Assembly (NCBI GenBank): GCA_963817895.1
Contig: CAWFQB010000014.1
Location: 96,001-160,000 of the forward strand
Length of the DNA: 64,000 nucleotides
Direction of reading: 5' to 3'
Source: an uncultured Chthonomonadaceae bacterium
Lineage (GTDB): Bacteria > Armatimonadota > Chthonomonadetes > Chthonomonadales > Chthonomonadaceae
Shown here: one piece after another, positions 1 through 11,496 of the stretch
How positions within the stretch are numbered: the first letter of the stretch is position 1
Layout: every line of letters begins with the position of its first letter
Program-made: the position numbers and the translations under genes
Notes under the pieces: generated by a model
The model's database searches: none
The model's input: the letters and a program-made list of their open reading frames with translations, nothing else
What the model was told of the DNA's origin: nothing

Positions 1-647
1 CGCGATGGGCGACGCGCGAAACGAGAGCCGACGCTCCATAGACTTTTACACGCAGGCTGTGCGCAGCAACATGTTTACCGCTCCTGTACCGCCAACTCCG
101 CCTGCCCCGAAAGCGGTAGTCGTGGTCACTACAACCCCTAAAGCTATTCCGGTTCCGGTTCGTGCCGCCAGTGGAAATCAATCCCTTTGCCGAATGGTCG
201 TATACGGGCGTAATTAAATCGGACGATCAGATCACCGCGCTGGTTGAAAACACGCGCACCAAAGAGGGGCAGTTCCTGAAGGCCGGGGATATGTTCATGG
301 GTTCGCAGATCGCGACGATTACGGATCAGGAGATCGTGCTGAAATCCGGCAAGACATCGCGCACACTGGCGAAATCGGACAATATCACCGTGACGCCGCT
401 GGACCGTAGCGCGATTCCCACAAACGGTCAGGGACAGGCGCAGCCCGGACAACAGCAGCCCAACGCGGCGCAGCTTATCCAGCAGGCCATGCAGATGCAG
501 ATGCAGAGCATGCAGGGCGGCGGGCGGAATCGCGGCGGGAATGGTGGCGGCGGTGGCCCGACGTTTACGCTTCCCAATGGCCGCCAGTTGAATCAGCAGC
601 AGTACCAGCGCCGATCACAGGGCCTGAACCAGAACTTCAACCAGTAG
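1..647 (+). CDS. Partial hypothetical protein, probably a type II secretion/T4P accessory (GspC/PilP-like); 5'-truncated and frameshifted near 165-200
   Basis: ORFs 5..217 and 162..647 overlap in different frames; Pro-rich linker followed by WSYTGVI..TALVEN..GQFLKAGD beta-rich segment; lies directly upstream of a secretin. Confidence 0.45.
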
Positions 648-663
648 TGACTGGTGGCTAGTG

Positions 664-708
664 TAGCGCAATGCGCGGTTGGTTTACATTTAGCGCAATG
701 CGCGGTTG
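664..708. repeat. 18-bp direct repeat TAGCGCAATGCGCGGTTG x2 (664-681, 691-708)
   Basis: Exact duplication in the intergenic region upstream of the secretin. Confidence 0.8.
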
Positions 709-933
709 ATACGCCCCTTTTAACCCCGTATGCCGGTCTCCTTCAATAATTTTGAAGGAGACTGCGCAACCCAACGAATGTTTTTCAGCGCGAAAATTCC
801 GGCAGCGTCCGGGTGAATTCGATAGCGGAGGATAATGCTTTGACACAAGAATCCACAGGACTCGCCGCCAGTTACCGGGGGCAGAGCCTGGTGCGCGCGC
901 ATCGGCGGCGCGACCCTTGCAACGGGGCTGGTC

Positions 934-3900
934 GTGGTCCTGGCGTCGGCGCAGGCGCAGGACGCGGCAACCACGACAGCGCCAACCGCCAAACCAGGCG
1001 CCACTGCCGCCAAACCGGCAACAGCGAAGAAGCCTGCCGCGAAGAAGCCTGCCGCTAAAAAGAGCAGCAAGCAAACCTCGAAGCCGACTACAGGTAAAAG
1101 CAGCGCGGCGCAGAATACCCGTAACACCGCAGCTCCGGCAACCGGCGCGCCCGGACTGAGCATTGTGCCAATGCAGGGCAGGGGAACCGGCGGAACCAAT
1201 GTACCCGGACGCGGCGTTCCTGGTGTTCCCGGCGTACCCGGCGCGTTTCCGGGCGGCCAATTTCCGGGACGGCAGTTTCCCGGCGGTGGCGGCAGCGGTT
1301 TTAGTGGCGGGGGCAGCGGATTTGGTCAGGGCGGACGTGGAAGCGTGTTTTCGTTTGAGTTTCGCGGCACGGACATTGACAACGTTCTGAAGTTTTTTTC
1401 CAACAATTCCGGTCTGACGATTACCAAGGACCCGGCGCTGACCGGCCCGGTAACAATTCTCAGTCCTTCGCCCGTTAGTCTCGATCAGGCCTTTCGCATT
1501 TTGCAGTCCGTGCTGTATGTGCGCGGATTTACGGCAGTGCAGAGCAACGGCGTTCTGCAAATTTTGCCATTTCAAGGCGCGATAAAGAGTACGGGACTGC
1601 TCAATCCAGGCATCAATGAGGATGGAACCACGCGGGTTGATCCACGCAACCAGTTTATGACGCAGGTAATACCGATTGAGAACGCGGATGCGGACCAGTT
1701 GGCAAAGGAACTGAAAGACCTTGCCAGCCCTGGGGCCAGCCTTATTGGCAGTGTGGGAACCAACTCGCTGATTATCACGGATACAGCCAGCAATGTGGCG
1801 CGTTTCATCACGCTTGTCGAAGCGCTGGACAAGACCTCCAACAAGACAGAGCTTAAAATTTACGCGCTGACCCGCGCTGACGCTTCAACTATTGCCTCGA
1901 TTATCAACGATTTGTACAGCAAAACCACGACGCGGGGACGCAGCACAGGGGGACAGCCGGGGCCGGGACAGCCGGGTTTCAATCCGGGTAATCCGCAGGG
2001 GCAGGGGCAGCAGCAGAGCGGCAGCCGTCCCGCAGTCGTTGCGGTTGCCGAACAGGGTACGAATTCCGTTCTCGTGGTAGCGTCGCCCGATAATCAGGAG
2101 AGAATCGCTCGCGACATCATCACGCGGCTGGATGGCGACGATTCCAACCGACTGGATACCGTGACCCGCAAAATCAATTTCGCGGACGCGCAGACGATCT
2201 CGGATGAGGTGAACAGCGTTCTGTCGAATTCCCGCCCCGGCCAGGGTTCTTCGGTCAGCCCCTCGTTCCAGCAGCGCACATTCGGCGGCGGTGGCGGCGG
2301 TTTTGCCGCATTCTTCGGTGGCGGTGGCGGAGGCAGTTCCAGTACGGGCAGCACCGATCCGTTCGGCAAAGTGGTACCTGATCCGCGCACCAATACGGTT
2401 CTGATTACCGCAACCAAAGATCGCATGGCGCGTATCAACGACCTGATTGACAAATTGGATCAGGAAGTGCCGGTAGAATCAACCACGTTTGTGTTCCCGC
2501 TCAAGAATGCGAATTCTTCGGATGTTGCGCAGGCATTGAGTCAGGCTTTCGGAACCACCAGCACGAACAATCAGTTCGGAAACAACCAGAATCGGAATGG
2601 AGTTGGCACCTCCACTAACGCCAGCAACCCGTTTGGGCGGCAGGGAACCGGCAGCGGTTCGCAGCGGCAGCTTGGTTCTGTTGCGGGCGGGACGGGGTAT
2701 TGGCAGGGGCGCAGGCCGCTCCAACGTTCCTCCCGGCCCGCCGGATGCGCCTGATAACAGTGGCAATGCCGCGGGCGACGGCAGCATACAGACAGGTGGC
2801 GGCTCTGCTCTGCCGCAGGGAATTCCGGGCGTCCTGACCGATCAGGGCTTCGTTCCCACGGAACAATCCGGCAACGGCAACAATGGCGAAATATCGCGCC
2901 AGATTTTCGGCGGTTTCGGCGGCGGCGGTTTTGGTGGTGGGCAGGAGGGCAGCAGCGATTGGGACAAACCCAAACGCCGCAGTACGGGCCGGGCAGAACC
3001 GGCGGCTACTCGAACCTGCTGCAATTGCAGGGCAACGTGTTTGTCACGCCCTCGCCCGAAGGCGACAACCTGATTATCACGACCCTGCCGCAGAACTATG
3101 AGGCGGTGCGGCAGATCATTGACGCGCTGGACATCGTTCCCCGGCAGGTGATGATTGAAGTAATCATAGCCGAAGTGACGCTGGACAGCGATCAGAAATT
3201 AGGCTTCACGCTGGGCGGCAACTTCCTCAAGTTGTTCAATAGCGCCAATACCGCGCAGGGGCAGATCAATGTGCCAGCGTCAGGGATTGGCAACCGCCTT
3301 CGATCCGGCGGCGGCGGGAGCGCAATTCGTAATCAGCGGCGGAAATTACAATACGCTGATTCAGGCGCTGACGACGGACAACAAAGTCCACGTTCTTGCC
3401 ACGCCGCGCGTTTTCGCCTCCAACAACCAGGCGGCGGATATTACCATCGCGACGCAGATCCCGTTCTTGCAGGGTACGACATCAAGCGCGTTCTCGTCTG
3501 TTGTCAGCCAGACGGTGCAGACGGCGAACGTGGGTTATGACCTGACGGTAACGCCGCGCATCACGCGGCAGGGATTGGTGACAATCGCCCTGACGCAGGA
3601 AGCGAATTCGCTGGTGCGCTTCCAGACTTTGGGATCGGGCGTGAATGCGAGCGTGTACCCGGTCATCAATACGCGCAATACGGATACGACGGTCACGGTG
3701 CAGGACGGAGAAACCATCGTTATCGGCGGCTTGATTCAGGACAACCGCGCCGTGAACGTTACCAAGGTTCCCGTTCTGGGCGATATTCCCCTCATCGGGC
3801 AGTTCTTCCGGTCACGAGAACTGACCCGCAGCAAAACGGAACTGATGATTTTCATGACGCCGCATGTGGTCAACACAGTTGAAGAAGCGCGTCGTCTGAC

Positions 3901-4215
3901 CATCACCGAGGGAGCGCCCTTAACACGGCAAATTCCCGATCTGTCGCGTCAGCAGCCGAACCTGACGTTGCCGACCGTTCCCAAAGGCTACAAGCCCGAC
4001 CCGAACGCGCCTGTGATTCGCGACCCCTCCGGCAAAGTGATTCCGAACTTTGACGAGAAGAAGAACAAGAGGCACGAACGACCCGAACAAACTCAGGCCC
4101 GAAAACCATTCCCGGCACAAACGGCGGCAACGGCACAGGCACGGGCAGCGGGTACAAACAATGGAACGGAACCGGCACGGGGTCAGGAACCTCCAATCCG
4201 ACTGGAACGCCGTAA
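934..4215 (+). CDS. gspD: Type II secretion system secretin (GspD/PulD-like), split by several frameshifts; true start probably near 840
   Basis: N0 domain (FEFRGTDIDNVLKFF), repeated N domains (TNSLII, PRTNTVLI), secretin core (RQVMIEVIIAEV, LATPRV, VQDGETIVIGGLI, KVPVLGDIPLIGQFFRS, ELMIFMTPHVV) over ORFs 934..2754, 2959..3540, 3269..4384; Gly/Thr tail ends at TAA 4213-4215. Confidence 0.85.
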
Positions 4216-4222
4216 GGATTTT

Positions 4223-4275
4223 ACCTCAGCGCCCGAACCCCTCTCCTTGCCGCGCAACGCGCCAGGAGAGGGGCT
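4223..4275. repeat. REP-like palindrome family A (CCCCTCTCCT-TGCCGCGCAACGCGCC-AGGAGAGGGG)
   Basis: Hairpin; near-identical copies at about 7703-7751, 28426-28474, 45110-45159; sits between convergent gspD and pyrE. Confidence 0.85.
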
Positions 4276-4292
4276 TTTTAGTGTAAAAACCA

Positions 4293-4877
4293 TTAAAGGA
4301 CGCTGGTTCCGGGGGTGTGAATGGGAACGCCCTGCGCGCAAAGGGGACACTCTTCAGGGGCGAATGTCTGCGCCTGCACGGTGAGCAGGGCCTCTTGACG
4401 CGGGCCGAGAACGACCGTTCCACCGCTGCGATCTACCAGAACGGCAGTTCCGACTACAACCGCTTGATGCTTGTCAGCGAATTCCAGACATTCGCGGGTC
4501 GCGCCGCCCGTCGTCATAATGTCGTCCACAATCAGAACGCGCGTGCCGGGCGGCAACTTCAGGCCGCGCCGTAACATCCGTTCGCCATTCTCTTTTTCCG
4601 CATACAAGGCCGGTAAGCCCATTTGCCGCGCTACTTCAAAAGCCAGCAGAATACCGCCTGTTGTGGGGCCGAGAACCACTTCAACCGCATCGGCCGCGAA
4701 CCGCCGCGCAATCTCCGCGCACAGGGTTTGCACATGCTGTGGATGTTGCAACACCCAAAACTTTTCCCAATATTCATTGCTGTGCCGCCCCGAAGACAGC
4801 CGGAAATGTCCTGTCATCAGCGCGTGACTGTCTAAAAATATCTGCCGAACCTGTACTTCCTCTAATGTATCCGTCAT
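4293..4877 (-). CDS. pyrE: Orotate phosphoribosyltransferase
   Basis: GHFRLSSGRHS, PRPP-binding VLIVDDIMTTGG, VLVDRS, C-terminal CPLC. Confidence 0.93.
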   Translation of the reverse strand: MTDTLEEVQVRQIFLDSHALMTGHFRLSSGRHSNEYWEKFWVLQHPQHVQTLCAEIARRFAADAVEVVLGPTTGGILLAFEVARQMGLPALYAEKENGERMLRRGLKLPPGTRVLIVDDIMTTGGATRECLEFADKHQAVVVGTAVLVDRSGGTVVLGPRQEALLTVQAQTFAPEECPLCAQGVPIHTPGTSVL

Positions 4878-4937
4878 GCCTGTGTTCTCCCTGTGTGGTA
4901 CTCGGTTTGCACAGTATAGAATGAAGCCTTTATTTTG

Positions 4938-6164
4938 TCAAGATGGGGTTGATATAGAATTTTCAGTCGCGTAAGTCGCGGCGACGTTGCGCCTCGCAAC
5001 TTCCAGAACGTTGTTCTTGAACAGGTAGCCGAATCCGGCGTGTTCCAGCCGCGACACAAGTTCATGGTAGGTTGTGCCGAGAGCATCCGCAGCTGCAATC
5101 AGGTCCCAGTCTTTCGCGGCAAGCTGACTCAGCAGAAAAGCGCGGCGAGTTTGCGCGGCGGACAGGCGATACGTTTTGAGGTACTCGATTTCGCCGGTGT
5201 CGCGGACGATGGCCTCACCAAAATGATTTTCCTCCATGGGGTTCAGGCTTGTAATGAACCGCTGAAGCGTGAACGGCCCAGGCTGATACACGGCGCTGCT
5301 GTCCACGCCGCGCTCCAGCAGATTACCCGCCATGACGCCGTGATAATCGGCCCACTCAGAACGTACCTGCGTGATTGTCGAACGGAGGTCATTCAAATTG
5401 GAGATATGGTTGGCGTCAAGAGTGACTTTGACCGGGTACGTGGTATCGTATAGCAGGGCATACTGATATAGCAGTTCGCCATAGAAATCTTCCAGCAGGC
5501 CACTGTGCAGCGCGCGATAATCTTCAGGACAGGGAACAACATAAGCCGAGGCAAGGGCTTCGGCCACGAATACCAACATGCCGACCTGCCCTTCGTGTAT
5601 CTCAAACACGCGCAGGGCTTCGGCAAGTCCGGCAATGGACTGCCCACCGTAAGCGACTTCACTACGGCAGGAAAGCCCGTTTGCCAGAGTGTCACGGGAG
5701 TATTCGCTCCACGCGATTGACGGCCCGCCGAAGAACAGCGACAGAAATCCCTCCATTGCCAGATGAAGCGGCAAAAATCGCAGTTGATTGCTGCCCTGCT
5801 CCCGCTTTGCCATTCGGTGAACAAGGCGCATACTGAACGGACCAAAATCTGTCCGTTTGCCGTGCAGGGTGGAGGGCGCGAGACGGGTTCCGTATACGGA
5901 GGTTGGCTGGCCTTCGGGCGTCCATGACAGCACCATGCCATGCGGCACATAGGAGTAGTAGGCGGTATTGCGTGGTTGTCCCCCGCCGCTGTTCAACGCA
6001 ACGGCAGTCAGGTCTTCGCCATAACGATGCTGCGACAAACGCAAATCGGAACGCGAGTTATGCCGAAGCAGTGGGACAAGCCGGATCGCGCCGCAGACCT
6101 GCGAAGGCGCAAGTTCCAGACCGCTCAGGGATATATTTTGTAATAGCGTTGTGTTGCGAGTCAT
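4938..6164 (-). CDS. Conserved hypothetical protein (ARPP-2-like N-terminal region) with C-terminal Fis-like HTH
   Basis: Intact 408-aa ORF; C-terminus LLSQLAAKDWDLIAAADALGTTYHELVSRLEHAG resembles a Fis-type HTH; immediately downstream of the vWA gene; family name from recall only. Confidence 0.55.
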   Translation of the reverse strand: MTRNTTLLQNISLSGLELAPSQVCGAIRLVPLLRHNSRSDLRLSQHRYGEDLTAVALNSGGGQPRNTAYYSYVPHGMVLSWTPEGQPTSVYGTRLAPSTLHGKRTDFGPFSMRLVHRMAKREQGSNQLRFLPLHLAMEGFLSLFFGGPSIAWSEYSRDTLANGLSCRSEVAYGGQSIAGLAEALRVFEIHEGQVGMLVFVAEALASAYVVPCPEDYRALHSGLLEDFYGELLYQYALLYDTTYPVKVTLDANHISNLNDLRSTITQVRSEWADYHGVMAGNLLERGVDSSAVYQPGPFTLQRFITSLNPMEENHFGEAIVRDTGEIEYLKTYRLSAAQTRRAFLLSQLAAKDWDLIAAADALGTTYHELVSRLEHAGFGYLFKNNVLEVARRNVAATYATENSISTPS

Positions 6165-6173
6165 GGCTTGTTG

Positions 6174-6220
6174 CCCTCAACCCCCGGCCCCTTCTCCCAA
6201 AAAAGCCTGGGAGAAGGGGA
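6174..6220. repeat. REP-like palindrome family B (CCCCTTCTCCCA-AAAAAGCC-TGGGAGAAGGGG)
   Basis: Identical copy at about 38894-38940; overlaps the 3' end of the vWA gene. Confidence 0.85.
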
Positions 6221-7696
6221 GTTGTTCATCATGTGATTCTTTCTGCTGTACTGATCTAACGGGCGTTCGGAGAAAGTTGTCCACTCTTGCGGCGAGATAG
6301 GTTTCCAGTTCTGCGAGTGTGGCGGAACCATCGGAAAAACGCGCGAAGCCAAGGGAAGTTGGCAGGTCGTCAGCGTCGCGCAATCCCACAGTGGGAATGT
6401 AAGGACTGACGGCGTGGGGCGCGTAATCATCGCCTGTGAAGACCGGGTTGCAATGGACGATGGAAACCGAATGGGTCTTATCCAGACAGGTACGGAAAAT
6501 ACGCAGGGCTTCCTGAGCGCCACATGGCGGATCGTTCTCGTAGCCATCGGAAACAATTACAATAAGTTCCGGTTCCCATTGAAGCGCGTCCAGAAGGGGC
6601 ATCACGATGTTTGTCTGCCCGCGCGGTTCGACAAGGAGGGGCGATTCTGGCTGGCGTGTCCAGAAGGCGCGATACTCCCGCGACTGCCTGTTCCAGCAGA
6701 ACATGCGCGGCAAGAGCAACCCCAAGCGGACGCCTCCGTTTTTCCGATGAACCAGAACTGGAGTAGCTGCAATCCAGAATCGCAGCCACTTTGCCTGCCC
6801 GCAGCGGAGATCGGCGCAGGACCGTTTGGCTGGCTTGCCGCAAAGCATGGGCGAGTTCTTCCTGTCGCTCCCGTCGGACTTCGAGGGGCAGGGACAGAAT
6901 ATACAGAGCAAGTTTCGTCAGCGGAAGGCGTGTCCAATCCAGTTCCAATTCCACGCGCTTCATGTCCCGCGTTGCTTTTTGCAGGCGCAGTTTCTCTCCT
7001 TCTGTCATTTGCGATGCGATCCGCGCCATAAATTTTTCACGCGGTATACGATGTCTGTGCGCCAGTCCTTCAGCAATGGTATAAGGCAGGCTATAAACGG
7101 CTTCCGCGCTGTAGTGCGCCTGTCGAAACGTTTCAAACAGGGGCGTGGCGAATACCGACTGCTTGCGGAACCGGAACAGAAAAGAACTCAACTCGCGCTT
7201 CCAACTTCAGATGCGCGTGAAGGGCAATGGAGCGTACTTTACTCCGATACTTGACGGCTTCAAAGGTCAAATCGCGCTTTTGCGCCAGATAATCGCGGGC
7301 AAGGGCGCGTGTTCGGCGGTTATTGATGCCGCGCTTCCGCGCCTGTTCCCACAGTTTCCACCCCCGCTGCGGCGGCAATCCGCGAAGCGCGGCGTTGATG
7401 AGCGCGTTTTCTTCGGCGCGGTGTTCCGGGCGGGTACGGCGTCCTGTCGCCAGCAGGTTGAGAATAATCTGCGCCTGATTGAAATGGTTGATTCCTGCGG
7501 CAAGCGTCCGCGCGTACAGCAGGCGATAGTTTCCGAGAATGTACTCATGCAGAAACGCGATGCTGACGCGGGGCGAATACTTGCTGCCATAAAACTCGCG
7601 TTGCCCCGTACAGGCAAAACAGGCGTTGATAAACATGGTCAGGTCTTCCCGCGCCACCTGCGCCACACGGTCAAAATTTACTTCTTTGCTGGACAC
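6177..7696 (-). CDS. Ro60/TROVE-like protein: helical N-terminal region plus C-terminal vWA domain (two frameshifts, near 7195 and 6685)
   Basis: ORFs 7133..7696, 6478..7191 and 6177..6911 join to about 500 aa; MIDAS elements VAAILDCSYS (DxSxS), GQTN, IVIVSDG; basic helical N-terminal half. Confidence 0.6.
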
Positions 7697-7702
7697 TTGA
7701 GA

Positions 7703-7751
7703 ACCTCACTCAACCCCTCTCCTTGTCGCGCAACGCGCTAGGAGAGGGGCT
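7703..7751. repeat. REP-like palindrome family A
   Basis: CCCCTCTCCTTGTCGCGCAACGCGCTAGGAGAGGGG. Confidence 0.85.
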
Positions 7752-7768
7752 ATATTCAAATTTTGAGA

Positions 7769-7890
7769 GGGAGTACAGGTGAGCCATTCGGGGAAAGGCG
7801 GCGCGACTGGCTAGGACAGCTTCACAGGCTGGAGTCGGAAGTCGCGTCAAAGTCCCGCGAATGGCTTGAACAGTGTAGCATACTGCTCCT
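7769..7890 (+). ncRNA. Candidate structured ncRNA (Y-RNA-like rod) next to the Ro60-like gene
   Basis: Nested helices GGAG-ta-CAG/CTGCTCC, GAGCCATTCG/CGAATGGCTT, GGGA/TCCC, GGCGCGACT/AGTCGCGTC, CAGCTT/AGGCTG; the non-Watson-Crick positions are G-U on the + strand. Confidence 0.5.
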
Positions 7891-8030
7891 TGTCCCTGAC
7901 AGATGCAGGAAAGGGAAAGTTGCGCAAGTCAGGCGGAAGTAAAATCGGCAGGAAAATAGCCACACGTTGCGCAACAAAGATGTCGTAGGCTGAAGTATTG
8001 GATTTAGTGAAGAGGGGCGGACGCGACATA

Positions 8031-10659
8031 ATGCACAACGGGGATGAGGTTACATGGCAGGCGCAATGGATATGGGGTTGCGAGTCGTTGATGGATGAGA
8101 CTATTTCTGCGAATATAGAAGCAATCCAAAGTACGCCGCGCTATTTCTATTTTCGTAAAACGTTCGCTCTTGCAGAGGACGTGGACACCGCAGTTCTTCG
8201 CGCCTGTGCCGACTCGCGCTATCGTCTGTGGGTGAATGGACGGCTTGTGGGGCATGGCCCTGCCCGGAGCGATCCGGCACACCAATATTATGACATTTAT
8301 GATTTGGAACCGCTACCTGCGACCGGGCGAGAACACCGTTGCCGTCCTTGTCACGCATTATGGCATTGGAACCTGCTTTTCACGCCGGGGAAGACCAGGA
8401 CTGCTCCTGCAATTGGAAGTAGCGAAGGCGAACACCCCTCCTCTTATCAGTCGGCACGGGAACGGATTGGAAATGCGCGCCCGCGCCGTACCTGACCGGC
8501 TTTCCCCGCATGAGCATACAGCTTGCTTACCCGGAGGTATTGGATGCGCGACTGGAACCCGTCAGTTGGAACCTGCCCGGCTTTAATGATCGCGAATGGC
8601 AAAACGCAACTCTCATTGGCCCTGTCGGTACGCCCCCGTGGACAACTCTTCATCCCCGTGACATTCCCCTGCCATACTTCCGTACCGTCGCGGATATGAA
8701 GACGATACAGGTGAATGTGGTTGAAAAAGAAGAGGAGATACAAGAGACGAGATACGAGATACGAGAAGGAGAAGATTCATCCTTCATCCCTCATCCTTCA
8801 TCCTTTGCCTTCACGCCTGCGCAAGATATGGAGGCGGCGACGCGATTACAGCCTGCTTTGCCGGGAAGCGTTACGTACAAGCATCCCGCGCTGTTTACGG
8901 TTGCGCCGCAATCCGGAACGAAGGGTATTTCGGTCGTGCTGGATTTCGGGAAGGAGGTTAGCGGGTTTCCGCTGGTGGTGGTACGCAAAAGTGGCGGGGG
9001 ACGGGTGGACATCGGGTACAGCGAACGGCTGGAAACGGATGGAACAGTGAATCCCAATCGTTGGGGCGGGTGCGATGTGCATTACGCGGACAGGCTGCTG
9101 CTGCGGAGTGGGCATCAGACGTGGGAAGCGCTGGACCATCGGGCATTTCGCTATATGCGGCTGGACTTTTACGACAATCCTGAGCCGGTGGAAATGCTGG
9201 TGGAGATGCGTTTGAGCGGCTACCCTGTGGAAAAGCGCGGCGATTTCCAGTGTTCGGACGCGATCTTTGCAGCGCATCTGGGAGGTGGGCTGCTATACAA
9301 CCGAATTGTGCATGGACGATGGCTTTATGGATTGTCCCTGGCGCGAACGGGGGCAATGGCTGGGAGATGCGCGAGTGGAGGCATTGGTAGCCGCGTATGC
9401 GTTCGGGGATACCGACACTCGCCCGCAAAGCCCTGCTGCAATACCCGCAGTCGCAGGAGGAAACAGGCTGGTTTCGGGGCGTGTTTCCCGCCGACCCGCC
9501 CTTCGATACCATGCTGCCGACGTTCTGCATGATCTGGCCGGTCGCGCTGTGGGATTATTTCCTGCTGACGAATGACCGGAGTTTGCTGGAAGCCGTATGG
9601 CCCAATATGGAACGATTGATTGTCGGCTATTGAGCGGCATATGGACGAGGACGGACTGGTTGCCGATTTGCCGGGGTGGGTATTTGTGGATTGGGCGAAG
9701 GTGAATACGAAGGGAATGTCAACAGCCGTAAACGCAATGGCGGTTGACGCCCTGCAACATGCCGCCAAAATCGCCCGCGCGCTCGGTTATCCCGACAGGG
9801 GCGGCAAATGGCAGATTGCCGCCCATGACATTCGCGAAGCGGTCAACGATCTGCTGTGGGAAAGGGAACAGGGCGTTTACATTGACGGCATTGTTGAGGG
9901 AGAACTCTGCACGACGCCGTCAGCGAACAGGCGAATATTTTATGCGCCCTGGTCGGGATCGCGGATACGCAGCAGACAGAGCGCTTGCTGGGGATTATGG
10001 CAATGCACGCGTGACGCCACGTCATAAAGACGGATGTTCGTATTGCCACGCCCTACTTTGCTTTTTATCAGTTGATGCTGCTGTACAGAATGGAACGCAG
10101 GAGCAGGCAGGATGGTGGTATCTACGCGTCGCGATTGGGCGCGATGTTAGGCGCGGGCGCGACGACGTTCTGGGAGCAGTGGGGGCCACACTGGAGCCTG
10201 TGCCACGCCTGGAGCGCCGCGCCATCCTACTTCCTCATGGCGTATATGGCAGGTATCCGTCCGACGCAACCCGGCTTTGAAGAGTTCGATGTGCATCTGG
10301 AACCGCTGACATCTGACGTGGCTGCGCTGCACGGTTCCCACGCCGCACGGGGACATCGCACTGCATCGTATCACAATCGTCAGCCGCGCCCGCGTACAAG
10401 ACCCGATGGGAAATGCCATTCCCTCCGGCCCCAATTCGCCTGCCATCACCGTCAATCTCACCGTTCCCACCGGAACCGCGCGCCCATGTGCGCCTGCCGC
10501 TTGGTGACATTGCCGCGCCGACCATCACTGCTCAACGGCAAAACCATCTGGGACAAAGGCAATCCCATTGCCCCAGGCGGCGATAAATTCATCCGGGAAG
10601 AGGATTACGTCGTGTTCGCCATCATCGGCGGACGCTACCATGTGGAGATAGGTAAGTAG
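8031..10659 (+). CDS. Alpha-L-rhamnosidase family (GH78-like) glycoside hydrolase, multiple frameshifts
   Basis: AQWIW, YFRKTF, CADSRYRLWVNG..GPARS, LDFGKEVSG, AFRYMRL, DCPWRERGQWLGDA, GATTFWE, SLCHAWS. Confidence 0.85.
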
Positions 10660-10743
10660 GTTGATAGGTTGTTAGGTATGAGGATGGCAAAGGTGATACA
10701 TTTGACGACTAACAATCCTATACAACTAACAACCTAACAACTT

Positions 10744-11134
10744 CTACTTCTTTCCCCCGGAACCGCCAATGGCGACGACCATGACGCCCCCAATGATAAT
10801 CAGTGTTCCGATCCAGCGGGCGGGTTTTATATCTTCGTGCAGGTAGAATTTGGACAACAATGCGCCAAGCAGGTAGGAGGAGGCGGAGAGAGGGAGCGCG
10901 AAACTCAAATCGGTCAGGCCAAGCGTATACATATACAAGCGCGACATAGCCCACCATCAGCAGCCCGCCCGCGATCACATGCCAGTCTACCAAGCGCGGC
11001 TTTGATCTGCATCGAGAACGCTTGCCTGTTCCTGATGCGTTTGTTTCATGCCTTTCGACGGCTAAGGCCTCGCCAATAGCGGCAAAAACCACTGCCGCCA
11101 TCATAACAAAAAATACCTGCCATTTTTCCGACAT
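10744..11134 (-). CDS. Small EamA/DMT-family membrane protein (frameshifted)
   Basis: MSEKWQVFFVMMAAVVFAAIGE N-terminus; DLSFALPLSASSYLLGALLSKFYLHE..RWIGTLIIIGGV C-terminus. Confidence 0.7.
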
Positions 11135-11496
11135 TCCGGCTCCTTTGCGTAGACGTACTCTCCTGTACGCAATTGAGGAGGAGAACGTTAGGAACCGAAA
11201 AGCCGATAAAGATAACAGTTTACCCTTTCCAAACCCGAAACTATCCGTTATACTATATGTTGTGAGGGTGAAAGCAGAGGCGAATGTTTCACAGATAATG
11301 AGCGCGAACATGCGCGTGGCAAATCTGCGTATCAAATACAGATAGTTCCGTGTTGAAGTGGGGCCATATTGGCTTTGCGTTTGCTTGTGGTTGATGTGGC
11401 AGAAAAGTGTGTTCTGTCGAAGCAAGGAATTTGCTGATGATAACGGCATGTGGGTTCGGTCACAAAAATTTAAGCGCATCGAACGGTAAACAGGAG

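Noticed and set aside
658..1575. Long antisense ORFs (for example 658..1575, 22145..23212, 27491..28432, 39994..40980)
   Set aside because: Shadow ORFs of GC-rich genes with no recognisable motifs.
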